This document shows, piece after piece, positions 26,661-39,610 of a stretch of DNA of 64,000 nucleotides; the stretch's first letter is position 1, and every line of letters begins with the position of its first letter. The stretch comes from Octopus sinensis. Lineage: Eukaryota. Location of the stretch: NCBI RefSeq assembly GCF_006345805.1, contig NC_042999.1:20274001-20338000 (forward strand), written 5' to 3'. The position numbers and the translations under genes were made by a program. The notes below the pieces were generated by a model. The model had not been told where the DNA came from and searched no databases. It saw only the letters and a program-made list of their open reading frames with translations.

Positions 26661-27149
26661 ATGTTTTTCGACATACTTGGTAATTGATATAACGTTTTGT
26701 AGAAGCTTGTTTTGAAGATAGGCCACGAGTTTCATAGTTGATAATTTCAAGATGTTTGAAATAAATCGCCTGATGATTTCCACTTATAACCTATTGAACC
26801 GTTACAAGGTTTATCACAAGTGCAGCGAGTTGGAAGTAGTCCTCAAATATTAATTTGCTAATAGAAAACCCTGGATTTTGTTAGCGATGTGAGAGAAGCA
26901 TACTACAAACTTGATGCAAAAAGAGACAGACTTTAAAAAGCCTTGCACAAGATTTGCCATTGATGATGTGCTAGTAATGTTTCAATGCTGGAGAAAAGCA
27001 TAGAGAAAAAGTTAACCCTGTGAAAGATACTGTCAGAAAGTGTGTTGCCATTTCGCCTGAAAGAGAGGATGTGATAGCAATTATTTCTCTGGCAATTGCC
27101 GAAAAAGAGAGATTATGAGAGATGTTACTGAATATTGCCAAGCAAAATA

Positions 27150-27714
27150 TTGGGTAGTCCGGAAAGTTCGTGCCGATTTTTAAAGGAAAGAAAAAGGTCA
27201 ATAAATTACTTGCCATTACATTTTTAATCAACCAAATATGAACCATTTTGTTGCACAATGCGTCTCCATCTTTCCTTTAACTTGAAAATAACCTTTTCCC
27301 AGAATTGAGGTGGTTTCATGGCAAATAATTCATCAAGGTATCTTTTTACGTCAGCCAAGGAATTGAATTTTTACCATTAAGACTATTCTGCAGAGACCTG
27401 AATTAGTAGATTTCAGAAGGGGCAGTATCTGGTGAATATGAAGGGTGGGGCAACACATCCTAGCCGAGCTGCAGCAAGTTTTGTCTGGTTCCCAAAGCAT
27501 CAAGTGCTGAAAATGAACTTTCTTATCGTCCATTTTTAAGGGTTACAGAATTAACACAGGTTATAGGAACATAAACCTTTTCCATGAAAATATATCTTAA
27601 ACTGTACTCTAAATGGAGATGTAGTCAAATCCTATTTTATGGACTCAACCATGTTCTAAAATAAGTCGAAATATCAGCTACAATAAATCAGAACGAACTT
27701 TCTGGACAACCCTA
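27150..27714 (-). mobile_element. Internally deleted mariner, copy 2
   Basis: Same TIRs, TA on both sides and the same deletion junction. Confidence 0.93.
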
Positions 27715-28385
27715 TATAACCGAATATTACTGAATATTACTGAATATTTCTTAGTAAAGAAAATTCTCTTCTCCAGGTCGCTCATATATGCAACTGTCCT
27801 AATATTAGAACTATGTCAATAGCATTCGGGAACGAAGTAGGTTTGTCTGATCTGAACTCTGTTTCACTTACGATGTCGGTGAATTAGACGGCTGACAAGC
27901 ATAAATTCTGTGTGAAGACTCTGGCTACAATGGGAAGTAGATATGCAGAAGCGCTCAGATCGAGGTTTCGATTTTTGGCTGATAATTCAGTGCATATTGT
28001 CTTATACAAACATATACAGACAAACAATTATTAAATGAAGGAATGATTCAATACATGTGTTATTTCAGTGACCTCATTTGTACTTCCATTTACTGAAAGT
28101 TCTAGGGCGATGGGTGAGTGGTACCGAGTACTATCCATACAAATCTACAACGAGAATAAACAGTAATCTGAGAGGTCATGGAAGGAAATCCAGAAATGAT
28201 ATTGAATGACAACGAAGAAACTCAAGGTGATGGTAGTTATGTGTGAAGATTTAGTAATTACCATATTTATATATATATATATCTATTGTGGATGTTAAGT
28301 TCAATGCAGTTGTAGTGGGATAAGCTAGACTAATTTTCGTAAGAAGCTAACGGACGTATATGCAAACACATGAATTTATTAACGA

Positions 28386-28550
28386 TTACCTATAGAAAAG
28401 TAAATATTGTATGAATGGAAAAGTCTTTGACGTTTCGAGCCTTGGTTGTTCGGCAGAAATGATTGAGAGAAAAAAATGAAGAGAAACGAAAATACAAGGG
28501 AAAGATAGAAAATGCGGTTGAACAAAATGAAATGACCCATATATATTTGT
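28386..28550 (-). mobile_element. Short element with a degenerate minimal hammerhead (28426-28459)
   Basis: UUU CUGCCGA ACAACCAAGGCUC GAAA CGU C AAA. Confidence 0.55.
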
Positions 28551-28553
28551 TCT

Positions 28554-28598
<45 letters not shown>

Positions 28599-28600
<2 letters not shown>

Positions 28601-28808
28601 CGGGAGGCTTTATGAAAATAAACAAAAGACGAAAGCAGGTGGAATACAAACAAACAATTGTATTCGTATGGCGCTCAGGAATATAAATAAAACAAGTCTT
28701 TTACGTTTCGAGCCTACGCTCTTCAACATAAAGATACACAGAAAAGAAACACAGAAAAGAAACAAGGAGAGAAAAAAATGCATGCAGAAGCTAGCGAATC
28801 AGCATGGC
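28599..28808 (-). mobile_element. Family H1 element in (TA)n; motif at 28697-28734
   Basis: UCUUU AUGUUGA A GAGC-GUAG-GCUC GAAA CGU A AAAGA; TA tracts on both sides. Confidence 0.75.
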
Positions 28809-28809
28809 G

Positions 28810-28844
<35 letters not shown>

Positions 28845-28875
28845 AGATATATATATATATTATATATATATATAT

Positions 28876-28925
<50 letters not shown>

Positions 28926-29522
28926 TTAAGCAGAATATGTACAGTGAATTTACTGTCGGGTGGGAAATATCCATCGGTTGGGATCAGTTCTCGTTCAGAG
29001 TAGAGAAGTATGAATTAAAAAACAAAGAAAGAAAATGTGATAAACAAATAATCTAAATAAAATATTATGCGTATATGCTCAGGGTCGATAAAATAAGTAT
29101 CCGTTTAGCACTGGGGTCTATGTAATCGAATTACGACCTCCCTCGAAGTTGCTGGCCTTGTGCCAATATTTGAAACCAATATTATGTACATGTATATCCG
29201 CAAAAGTATGTGGTCTTATGTATGGATATATAAACATACAAACTTGGGTAGCGGGGAAGCATTTTGCATACACGCTTACATTATATATCTGTGCCCTGTC
29301 ATCTCTACTCTGAAGAAAGACTCTGTCCGAAACATTTGATACTCTCTTCGCGGCGGTTTCCCTCAAATTTTTCAGTCTTTTAAAAAAATAGTTTAATTTT
29401 GCCTATGCATACCCCACCACGCCATTCTTTACGGATTCTGTTTTATCAGTTAGATAGGAAAATTGATAAATGCAAACCCACATGTATACACCCATATAGC
29501 ACGCGTGTGTATGTATCGTATC

Positions 29523-29567
<45 letters not shown>

Positions 29568-29974
29568 AGAAAGTGAGAGGTCAGTGTTAGTAAGAAAAAG
29601 AACCAGTTACAATCTCTTTGGTTAACACAATTCTACTGAAAGTACAAATATTTGTTCAGAGTTGTATAATGTTGCCAAAACTTAAGGAATTTTCCTTTTA
29701 ATATATAGATTGAAAAACACTCTTGAGAATATAATTTTCAGTGTGAAATCTTTAAAATATCAAACGCAGTGTAGCTTCTTAATAAACTAAGAATTTTGAA
29801 TATTTTCAAAATAATTAAACAAGAGCCTTTGAGACATTTAACATAAATCAATTGCCTCAAACTCTGAAAAATTCTATAAATCTCCCAAGTTTTCGTTGCT
29901 AAATTAATTTATTAGCATATTAACACGATTAACATGACTAATAATAATAATGAAAGTTGTAGCAGTAATGATAA

Positions 29975-29992
29975 TCGTGATGACGATGATGA

Positions 29993-30024
<32 letters not shown>

Positions 30025-30030
30025 ATGATG

Positions 30031-30062
<32 letters not shown>

Positions 30063-30280
30063 GATAATGAGTATGATGATGATGACGATGATAATGATGA
30101 GATTGATGATTATGATGATGATGATGACGACGATGATGATGACGAAGACGAAGACGATGATGTTGTTGATGATGATGACGATGATGATGATAATGAGAAT
30201 GATGATGGTGATAATGATGATGATGATGGTGATGATGGTGATGATGATGATGAGGAGGAGGAGGAAAATGATGATAATGA
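29975..30280 (+). repeat. (GAT)n microsatellite
   Basis: Seen directly; it gives the poly-Asp, poly-His and poly-Met ORFs. Confidence 0.95.
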
Positions 30281-30518
30281 TTCTTTCTACTTAAAGCCCA
30301 CTCTTTAAAATTGGATGGAGAAGGCGGTCTGGTCAATTGCATCGGTCTCAGCGCTCAACTACTACATATTTCAGCGACCGTGAAAGGACGCGAGGCAAAG
30401 GTGACCACGGCTGAATTTAAATTCAGACCGTACAGGCGGACGCAATGTCGCAAAAGGCTGTTCTCCACCGGGCTAACGATTTAGCTAGCTCACTGTCTTA
30501 ATGATAATGATGATGATG

Positions 30519-30579
<61 letters not shown>

Positions 30580-30596
30580 TGATAATAATAATAATG

Positions 30597-30656
<60 letters not shown>

Positions 30657-30662
30657 TAATAA

Positions 30663-30693
<31 letters not shown>

Positions 30694-30865
30694 AAGAAGA
30701 GAAGAATAGCGCCAGCCTTGACAGCGGCTGGACATGTTCCTCACTGCTCTGACAGTTCGGTGGCCGAAAGCCATAGAAACACTAATATGGGCCAGTTTAG
30801 CAACGGGGAAAAATAACTCTCAAAGACTGGAACATCTACAATACCTCATGAGTATTTGAAATTCT

Positions 30866-31770
30866 CTTCAAAGTGGGTTAAGAAATTTACAAATTTACAT
30901 ATCTGCAGCTTTCAAGCATACATCCGATCGGCTTTAAAAACTTTAATACCCACAACTGCCTCTGTAAGCACCCTTTTTTTTCTTCTCTCTAAAAACATCA
31001 CGCTTTTCTTTTTGTGGACTTGCAAAACCCTAAAACTTTCTACGAAAATCTGACTTTTCTTTGCTTCCTCCCAGAATATTCAAATATAAATGTAAACATA
31101 TACTTTTTATTGCAAAAACACACCTGTTCTTCTAACTGGACATACAAACATCTCTAGAGGGGTCAACTTCAACCTCCACAATATTACTTTGCACGAAATA
31201 TACAAACACTTTTTATTGCAATAACACAAACGCACATGGAAAAAATAATGATGCTAAGATTCTCTCTGGTCGAACACAGCTTCTCTATTCACAAATAATA
31301 CAGAACAGCCCTTCAAAATAAGTTAAGAAAATTTACAAATTTACATATCAACAGTTTTCAATCATACATTCGATTAGCTTTAAAAACTTTGATACCCACA
31401 ATTGCCTCTGTAAACATCCTTTTTTTTCTTGTCTTCTCTCTAAAAACATCACGCTTTTCTTTTTGCGGACTTACAAAACCGTAAAACTTTCTATGAAAAT
31501 CTGACTTTTCTTTGCTTCCTCCCTGAATATTCAAATATAAATGTAAACATATACTTTTTATTGTAAAAACACACCTGTTCTTCTAACTGGACATACAAAC
31601 ATCTCTAGAAAAGTCAACTTCAACTTCCACAATATTACCTTACACGAAATATACAAACACTTTTTATTGCAATAACACAAACGCACATGGAAAAAAAAAA
31701 ATGATGATACTAAGATTCTCTCTGGTCGAACACAACTTCTCTATTCACAAACAATACAGAACAGCCCTTC
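30866..31770. repeat. 2 x ~445-bp diverged tandem duplication
   Basis: CTTCAAA..GTTAAGAAA(A)TTTACAAATTTACATATC at 30866 and 31311, colinear throughout. Confidence 0.9.
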
Positions 31771-32361
31771 CTTAATTTTTCTTAAGCCTAATAGTAGTAA
31801 ACATCTGAACTTTTTTTGACCGATAGGACCCCACCTAAAAAGAGAAAAAAATATCACTGATGGTGATGGTGATGATGGTGATGATGATAATAATGATAGT
31901 AATAGTGCTGATAATCTATCTACACACACACACACTCAAAGAGTTCAACCAACACAAACCTCACCTCAGCTCTATTGTTAACCAAATATGAAAGTATTAT
32001 TTGACAGGCAAGAACTCTGGCGTTGAAGACAGTCAGCCAGCCAACCACCAAGCCAGCCAACGAGACAGACAGACACTACTGTGATGGTGATAATGATAAA
32101 AAAAACAAAAATAACAATAAGATACTGCTGTGACTACACATAAAACAATATCATTGATGATGATGGTGGTGATGGTGAAATGATAATGATGATGGTAATG
32201 GTGGTGATAATGATGATAGTGATAATAATGGTGATGATAATAACAATAATAAGCCGACTACGGCTGCTATAATGGTACGATTATAATAGTAACGGCAATG
32301 ATGGCCGTCTCCCCACGAGCCAATCAAAGCTAAAAAATGATAACATTATCGTAGCACCAAA

Positions 32362-34574
32362 ATGTGTTTGGAAACTAAAAGGAAAACTAAATCAGTATAC
32401 CAAATCGCTTGTCCTATGGTTAATTTGGAAGCGCGTCCCCCAGGGAAGAGCCAGTCTGGGATCGAAAAGTCATCAACTGGCACAAACTCTTCTCCGAATA
32501 CGGACATGGATGGTCACCTGAACGGGAAATCCCCCAACTCGAGCCCTCCAAGTTCACCACCACAACCACCACAGAAAGAAAAATGCAAGCGGAACAAATG
32601 GACCCGAGAAGAGTATAAAGAAGTAATATACGCTTATTACTATGCATTAGGTAGGCCATCTCAAGAGAGACACACCGCAAACTCTTACAGTATATGGAGA
32701 ACACGGAATCAAAGGCCTGAAGATACAAGAAATTCTATTGTACCTGTTAAAGATAGCCAGGAAAACGAAAAAACAACAGTAACCGAAGATTTCGCATTTG
32801 CTGAAGAACACAGAGTGTCTATGGCAGAAATGAGGCAGAAAATCCTGAATACGCTTGAAGTTGTAAGACATACAAGTATGAATGATAGAGAACCACTTCA
32901 TAAACTCTCAAATACAAACCAAAATAAAAAACAAATCCAAATTGGCAACTATGTAACAAAGGAAATAATACGAGAATTAAACCTGATTTTACTGAGTTAA
33001 ATGAAATTATTTACGCTTCTGCTAGGGCAATTGAAACCAGCTGTATGCCCCCGAAAAAACAAAGAAAACAAAACCTGGGAAGAAATCAAACCTGGAGAAG
33101 AAAAATTGAAAAAGAGATTGAATTTATGAGAGGGGAAATATCAATATTAAATGAACTAATATGTGGAAATGATGTAAGATCCAGAACAGGAAGAAAGATG
33201 AAGAGAAAATTTGGATCCTCACCAAGAGAAGAACTGATATCAATAAAAGAAACGCTGAAACAAAAAGTCCAAGCAAAAGCCCAAAGAATACGAAGATTTG
33301 AGAAGAGAAACAAGTTTTACAAGCAAAATAAGCTGTTCACATCCAATGCCAAAAAATTCTACAGAGAAATAGGGAAGGAGAAAGTAACCGTTAAAGACCC
33401 CCCTCCAATGGAAGAAGTTCAAAACTTTTGGAAAAGGATTTGGAGTGACAAGAAGACGTACAACATAAATGCAGACTGGATTATACAAACTGAAGGATCC
33501 TACCAAAATTTACAACAACAAGCATGGGAAAACATCACAATAGCAGACCTAAGAAAGGCACTCACGAAGGCCCATAATTGGAAATCCCCCGAATTTCTGG
33601 CTCGCATCGCTCCCATGCGCACACGGTAAGCTAGTTCAGCTGCTCAATGGAATTATGAGAGGCCCAAAGAAAACACCTGAATGGTTAGCAAGTGGCATTA
33701 CTTACCTACTCCCAAAGAATAACGAAACCAACCTTCCAAAAAACTATCGGCCTATAACCTGTCTATCCACCACGTATAAAATCCTAACATCTATCCTGGC
33801 GGAGAAAACATATGCATTCATGGAGAAGAACGATATTTTCCCCATTGAACAAAAAGGGTGCCGCCGAGGCTCTTACGGATGCAAAGATCAACTGCTAATC
33901 AATCGTATGATCCTTGAGAACTGTCACAACAAGCGCAGAAATCTCAGCACCGCATGGATTGACTATAAAAAGGCCTTCGACAGTATACCGCATCCATGGA
34001 TCTTGAGATCGCTGGACATCTTCAAAATTTCCCCTGTGATTTCAAAATCCTGAAGCACAATATGTCGTTGTGGAATACGAATCTCCAATTATACCACTCT
34101 AATGGAGTACTTGCCTCAGAAAATATAAACATCAACTGTGGAATTTTTCAAGGTGACTCACTTTCACCTTTAATATTCTGCATAGCCCTAATACCCCTTA
34201 CATGTGGATTAAACAGAACAGGGTATGGGTATAAAATTGCCAATAAAAAAATAAGCCATCTATTTTATATGGATGACTTAAAACTTTATGGTAAAGACAA
34301 TAATGAACTTGAAGGCCTATTGTGCACCGTGAAAGCATTCAGCGATGACATCGGGATGGAGTTTGGACTTGAGAAGTGTGCCAAGGCCACTTTCCAGAAA
34401 GGGAAAGTGAAGACCACAAATTCAGTCGTGTTAGATGTTGACACAGTCATAAGAGAGCTTGAGCAAGAGCAAACATACAAATATTTAGGGATAAATGAAG
34501 GCTCTGGTATTCAGCATGCAAGCATGAAAGAGAAGATCAGGAAGGATGTTATAGGAGAGTTCGTGCAGTCCTGA
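32362..34574 (+). pseudogene. R4 ORF N-terminus and reverse transcriptase, frameshifted
   Basis: RNKWTREEYKEVIYAYY; NYRPITCL; EQKG; WIDYKKAFDSIPH; GIFQGDSLSPL; HLFYMDDLKLY; FGLEKC; YKYLG. Confidence 0.93.
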
Positions 34575-34652
34575 AATCTGAACTAAATGCACGTAACAAG
34601 GTGTTAGCTATAAATTCCCTAGCAGTTCCAGTGTTACTTATAGCTACAATGT

Positions 34653-35816
34653 GTGAACTGGAATATGAGTGAAGTAAAGAATATAGATAGGAAAATACGC
34701 AAGCTGCTGAGTTGTAATAGGATGCACCACCCAAAGGCAGACGTAGATCGCCTTTACCTTCCCAGAGCCCAAGGAGGTCGAGGCCTGATCCAATTTGAAC
34801 TAGCTTACAAAACAACCACAATTGGAATGGCCAAATATCTCGAAATATCGAATGACTGGATGCTAAAGCTCGTGGAAAATCACGAGAGACGAAAGAAGCT
34901 TCATTCTATCATAAAGGAAAGCAAAAACTTTGCTATTGATCTCGTGCAGGATACCCAAACTGAACAACCCGAGGGAAGTACGGCAACTATTGTTGCAAAG
35001 AAGGTGAAAATGATGGCAATGAAAAAAGCGCACGAGAAATTGGCTGATAGGTGGGAGGAGAAACCTCTGCACGGCAAATATGTGACCCGTAGCAAACAAG
35101 CTGATGTTGACCAGAAGCAAGCCCATCAGTGGCTACGGAGCTCAGGGCTAAAAGCAGAGAGCGAAGGTTTCATCCTGGCTGCTCAAGATCAAAGCCTATT
35201 AACCCGGAACTACCAGGCCAATGTGATGAAAAATGGAGCAGACCCAAAATGCCGATTCTGCAACGACATGATTGAAACAGTGGACCACCTAATCTCTGGA
35301 TGTAAAGTCTTAGCACCAGTGGAGTATAAATTAAGACATGACAGAGTTGGCCAATATCTACACTGGCTAATAAGTCGGCATTACAATATCAAAACTGCCG
35401 ACAAGTGGTATAATCACCACCCTGAGGCTGTAACTGAAGGAGAAAATGTAACCATTCTGTGGGACTTTCCAGTACATACAGACCGAACCATCAAGGCCAA
35501 TAAACCAGATATTGTTGTGAAAGACCAAAACAATAAAGTTTGCTTATTGATCGACATGAGCATCCCCTGTGATCATAATATCTCAGCGAAAGAGTTTGAC
35601 AAGCTCAGAAAATATAAAGACCTACTCATTGAAATTGAGAAAATGTGGCATCTCAAGGCGGTTACAATACCAGTGATCGTAGGAGCCCTAGGAATGATCA
35701 AGAAGGGAACCGAAAATTATATGAGAATGATCCCTGGCTTACCATCCCTGCAAGAAGTGCAAAAGATTGTCTTAACTGGTACATCACACGTATTGAGAAG
35801 AGCATTGTCGATGTGA
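34653..35816 (+). CDS. R4 ORF C-terminal part: CCHC zinc knuckle and restriction-like (PD..D..K) endonuclease
   Basis: RLYLPRAQGGRGL; CRFCNDMIETVDHLISGC; RHDRV; KPDIVVKD..LLIDMSIP..KLRKYKDL. Confidence 0.9.
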   Translation: MNWNMSEVKNIDRKIRKLLSCNRMHHPKADVDRLYLPRAQGGRGLIQFELAYKTTTIGMAKYLEISNDWMLKLVENHERRKKLHSIIKESKNFAIDLVQDTQTEQPEGSTATIVAKKVKMMAMKKAHEKLADRWEEKPLHGKYVTRSKQADVDQKQAHQWLRSSGLKAESEGFILAAQDQSLLTRNYQANVMKNGADPKCRFCNDMIETVDHLISGCKVLAPVEYKLRHDRVGQYLHWLISRHYNIKTADKWYNHHPEAVTEGENVTILWDFPVHTDRTIKANKPDIVVKDQNNKVCLLIDMSIPCDHNISAKEFDKLRKYKDLLIEIEKMWHLKAVTIPVIVGALGMIKKGTENYMRMIPGLPSLQEVQKIVLTGTSHVLRRALSM

Positions 35817-36005
35817 GAACTGTTGCTGCTCATGTATTTTAATTTAACTTAAAAAAAAAAAAATTAACGATCTATTGAGTTTGGTTTAATGGCCTACCAA
35901 TGTATACTATGAGTTTCTTTGCCCTAGGAGTCGGGAAGACACTCGGCAAGAAATGGAAGCAATTTGAAAGAAGAAAAAAAAAGTAATAATAATAATAATA
36001 ATAAT

Positions 36006-36377
36006 GCTTTCTAATTGATGTATCAATACCGGCAGATGACAACGTGTCTCTAAAAGAAATGAAGAAACTTTCAAAATACAAAGACCTGGAAATAGAGGTA
36101 ACCAGAATGTGGAATCTAAAAACAGAAACAATTCCTATCATAGTAGGTGCATTAGGCATGATAAAAAAATATTCAGACAAATACATAACAAAAACACCAG
36201 GACTTACAAACAAATATAACATACAGAAAATTGCACTACTAGGCACTGCACACATCCTACGCAGAACACTTTCCATACAATAACAATCAGAGCATCATAA
36301 CAAATCACAGCACATACCTAAGGCACACAGACCTGCGCTCGGTAGTGAAGTGAAAGCACGCTATAAAAATAAAACTA

Positions 36378-36430
<53 letters not shown>

Positions 36431-36495
36431 TAATAATAATAATAATAATAATATAATAATAATTATTATTATTATTATTATCATTATTATTATTA

Positions 36496-36532
<37 letters not shown>

Positions 36533-36904
36533 TAGTTTTATTTTATAGCGTGCTTTCACTTCACTACCGAGCGCAGGTCTGTGTGCCTTAGGTATGTGCT
36601 GTGATTTGTTGTGATGCTCTGATGGTTATTGTATGGAAAGTGTTCTGCGTAGGATGTGTGCAGTGCCTAGTAGTGCAATTTTCTGTATGTTATATGTGTT
36701 TGTAAGTCCTGGTGTTTTTGTTATGTATTTGTCTGAATATTTTTTTATCATGCCTAATGCATCTACTATGATAGGAATTGTTTCTGTTTTTAGATTCCAC
36801 ATTCTGGTTACCTCTATTTCCAGGTCTTTGTATTTTGAAAGTTTCTTCATTTCTTTTAGAGACACGTTGTCATCTGCCGGTATTGATACATCAATTAGAA
36901 AGCA
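36006..36904. mobile_element. Inverted pair of R4 3'-end fragments (36006-36380 + and 36529-36904 -) around a TAA/TTA centre
   Basis: ORFs 36044-36283 and 36626-36865 are nearly identical (LSKYKDLEIEVTRMWNLKTETIPIIV.ALG). Confidence 0.9.
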
Positions 36905-36918
36905 TTATTATTATTATT

Positions 36919-37053
36919 AAAAAAAAAAAAAAATTAACGAACTACTGAGTTTGGTTTAATGGCCTACCGATATACACTATGAGTTTCTTTGCCCTAGGAG
37001 TCGGGAAGACACTCGGCAAGAAATGGAAGAAAATTTGAAAGAAGAAAAAAAAA

Positions 37054-37054
<1 letters not shown>
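36919..37054 (+). repeat. Second copy of the large R4 element's 3' UTR (35850-35984)
   Basis: GAGTTTGGTTTAATGGCCTACC..GCCCTAGGAGTCGGGAAGACACTCGGCAAG is repeated with a few substitutions. Confidence 0.9.
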
Positions 37055-37110
<56 letters not shown>

Positions 37111-37289
37111 TGATAATAATGATAATAATAAGGTGCCAGTTGAAGACACACAAGATGTCGAAATAGCGTTCACTAGATGACAATGGCACTTTTCTTTTAA
37201 TTTTGATTCTATATCTTCTGGGAGAGTTACCTCAATCGTTTCTGTATTATCCAAAATGAAGTAGATTGACAAATTATTTTTTGAACCGG

Positions 37290-38340
37290 TTGAAGCCAGG
37301 TTGTATATGAAAAGAAAGAATGGTGGCAGAGGACTAATTAGTATAGACCATTGTATAAAGAGTGAAAGGAGAACGCTTGCCGAGTATTTGATAAATAGTG
37401 ACCTGCTGTAATATGCCGCGAATGATATGAATGTAAATGCGAATGAAATGATGAGCAAGGAAGAGTGTCACCAAAGAGCTGAGGAGAAGAGAAAAGAAGA
37501 CCTTATTCAAATGAGAATGCATGGACAGTTTGAAAGGAATACACAAGGCGTCAAGGATAATACAGCATCGTGGGTATGGCTTGAGCGAGGTGATTTGAAA
37601 CGTACCACCTAAAGTCTGATCATTGCTGCACAAGACCAGGCTCTCGCAACCAATTCAGTGAAGTATAGCATCTATAAAACTTGTGACACCAGAAATGCAG
37701 ACTCTGTGGAAAGAGTGTGGAAGATGTGGCCCACTTGGCAAGTGGATGTGAGATCCTTGTACAAAGAGAATTCAAGCGACGCCATGATAAAGTATGTGTG
37801 TACCTTCATTAGCTCTTATGTCGTAAATACCCATATGAAGTAACAGAGAACTAGTATGAGAATGTACCAAGTAATGTTATGCAGGAGGATGGTAAAGTAA
37901 CGATACTCTGGGACTATGATTTTCAGAGAGATCGTGTAATCGAACAGTGTCGGCCAAATATTGTCATATTAAATAAGAGAGGCAAATACTGTCAGATCAT
38001 TGCAGTAGCCATACCAAATGACATGAATGTTGTGAGTAAAGAGGTTGAAAAAATCACCAAGAGCTCCGAATTGAAAGTGGAAATGGCAAGACTGTATGGA
38101 ATGCGAGAGGATAATGTAAAAATGGTACCAGTGGTGATTGAAGCGTTGGGCTCAATTCCATTAAAACTTCAAAACTTCTTAAGGCAACTGGAAATTCCAT
38201 GCAAGATTGATGTCTTGCGAAAGCAGCCTTATTGGGCACAGCGCACATTTTAAGAATATTATCTGTCTGAAGTTCTTGGTGTGATTTGAGAGATAACTAA
38301 AGACTCTGGTGCATTTTTACCTACACTGTGTTATGAGGCA
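37290..38340 (+). mobile_element. R4/Dong-like fragment, another subfamily, ending at (TAA)n
   Basis: RLYMKRKNGGRGLI; RMHGQFE; LIIAAQDQAL; ILWDYDFQRDRVIEQCRPNIVIL; PVVIEALGSIP. Confidence 0.85.
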
Positions 38341-38361
38341 ATAATAATAATAATAATAATA

Positions 38362-38397
<36 letters not shown>

Positions 38398-38399
38398 TA

Positions 38400-39610
38400 A
38401 CAAAATACTCATAGATAATGAAATAACTGCGATCAAGCACAGAACAGAAAATAACCTAAATATAAGACAAAATGGAAATGAAGAACCAGACGAAGAAAGT
38501 AACTCTCTACGTGTCACAATTGAAAGATTGCTATCTGACCAAAACACGCAAACGTCTGAAGAAATAAATTGTAATGAACCTGATAAAGGTAGCGAGGGAA
38601 GTGGTAAATAAACAATATTTGAAGACCACATATTTACTGAAGAATATAGAGAGTCTGTGACAGATGTAATGCAGAAAATTCTGAATTCCTTTGCAGTTGT
38701 AAGACACGCCAATGTGCATGATAGAGAACCACTTCATAAACTCTTAAATACAATCGAAAATAGCAAACAAATTATAAATGGAAACTATGTAATAAAAGTA
38801 ATTATACAAGAACTAAAACCAGATCTCATTGAATTAAATGAAATCATTTACGCAGGAGGTAAGACAATTAAAATCAGTTGTCTGCCTCTGAAGCAGCAAT
38901 GAAATACAAACCTGAGAAGAATTCCAAAGTGGTAAAGTAAAAGTGAAATAGGGATTGAAATAACGAGTGGTGAAATATCAATATTGAATGTGCTAATCTG
39001 TGGAAACGATGTAAAAACCAGAAAAGGAGGAAAGATGGAGAGAAAACATAGATTCTCACAGAGAGAAGAACTGCTTTCAGCAAAAGAAACCCTGCCACAA
39101 AAAGTCCAAGGAAAAGCTCAAAGAATACGAAGATTGTGAAGAGAAACAAGTTTTAAAAAATTAGCTGTTCACATCCAATGCAAAAACATTCTACAGAGAA
39201 ATAGAGAAGGACAAAATAACCGTTGAAGATACTCCTCCCATGGAAGAAATAATATCTGGAGTGATGAAAAGACTTATAATGAAAATGCAGACAAGATTAC
39301 ACGAACAGAAGGATCCTACCAAAATTTAGTAGAACATGTGTAGGAATGTATCACAATAGCAGACCTAAGGATGACACTCACGAACGCTCATAAGTGGAAA
39401 TTCCCTGTTAATTATAGGGTGAAAAATTTCTGGCTCGCCTTGCTCCCGTGCACACACAAAAGGTTAGTCCAGTTATTCAATGGAATTATGAGAGATCCTA
39501 CAAAAACATCTGATTGGTTAGCAAGAGGTGCTTCTTACCTACTCCCAAAGAATAATGAAACAAAATTTCCCCAAAACTATCGGCCCATATCATGTCCATC
39601 TACCATATCT
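38400..39610 (+). mobile_element. R4 5' portion, sister of the 32253 element, truncated at the start of the RT
   Basis: DNA similarity to 32800-33770 (GATAGAGAACCACTTCATAAACT; NYRPI); ends in (TACA)n. Confidence 0.85.

Larger units (their letters stand above)
32253..35984 (+). mobile_element. Near-full-length R4/Dong-clade non-LTR retrotransposon, decayed
   Basis: One ancestral ORF in five pieces, flanked by TAA-like repeats at 5' and (TAA)n at 3'. Confidence 0.93.

Noticed and set aside
25247-27830. EGF-like two-exon gene (donor CAG|GTAAGT near 25343, acceptor near 27777)
   Set aside because: The spliced frames stop early unless a 2-nt indel is assumed. The WRYTC match to a minus-strand frame near 1515 is expected by chance.
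29310-29340. Hammerhead-like CUGAAGA AAGAC-UCU-GUCC GAAAC
   Set aside because: No stem I complement or proper UH site follows.
29934-30308. Poly-Asp acidic protein ORF (biomineralisation-like)
   Set aside because: It is a (GAT)n microsatellite, open in several frames on both strands, with no splice or domain support.
32253-32361. HDV-like ribozyme in the R4 5' UTR, as known for some R2/R4 elements
   Set aside because: I could not build a P1/P2/P3/P1.1 double pseudoknot by eye; a descriptor search would settle it.
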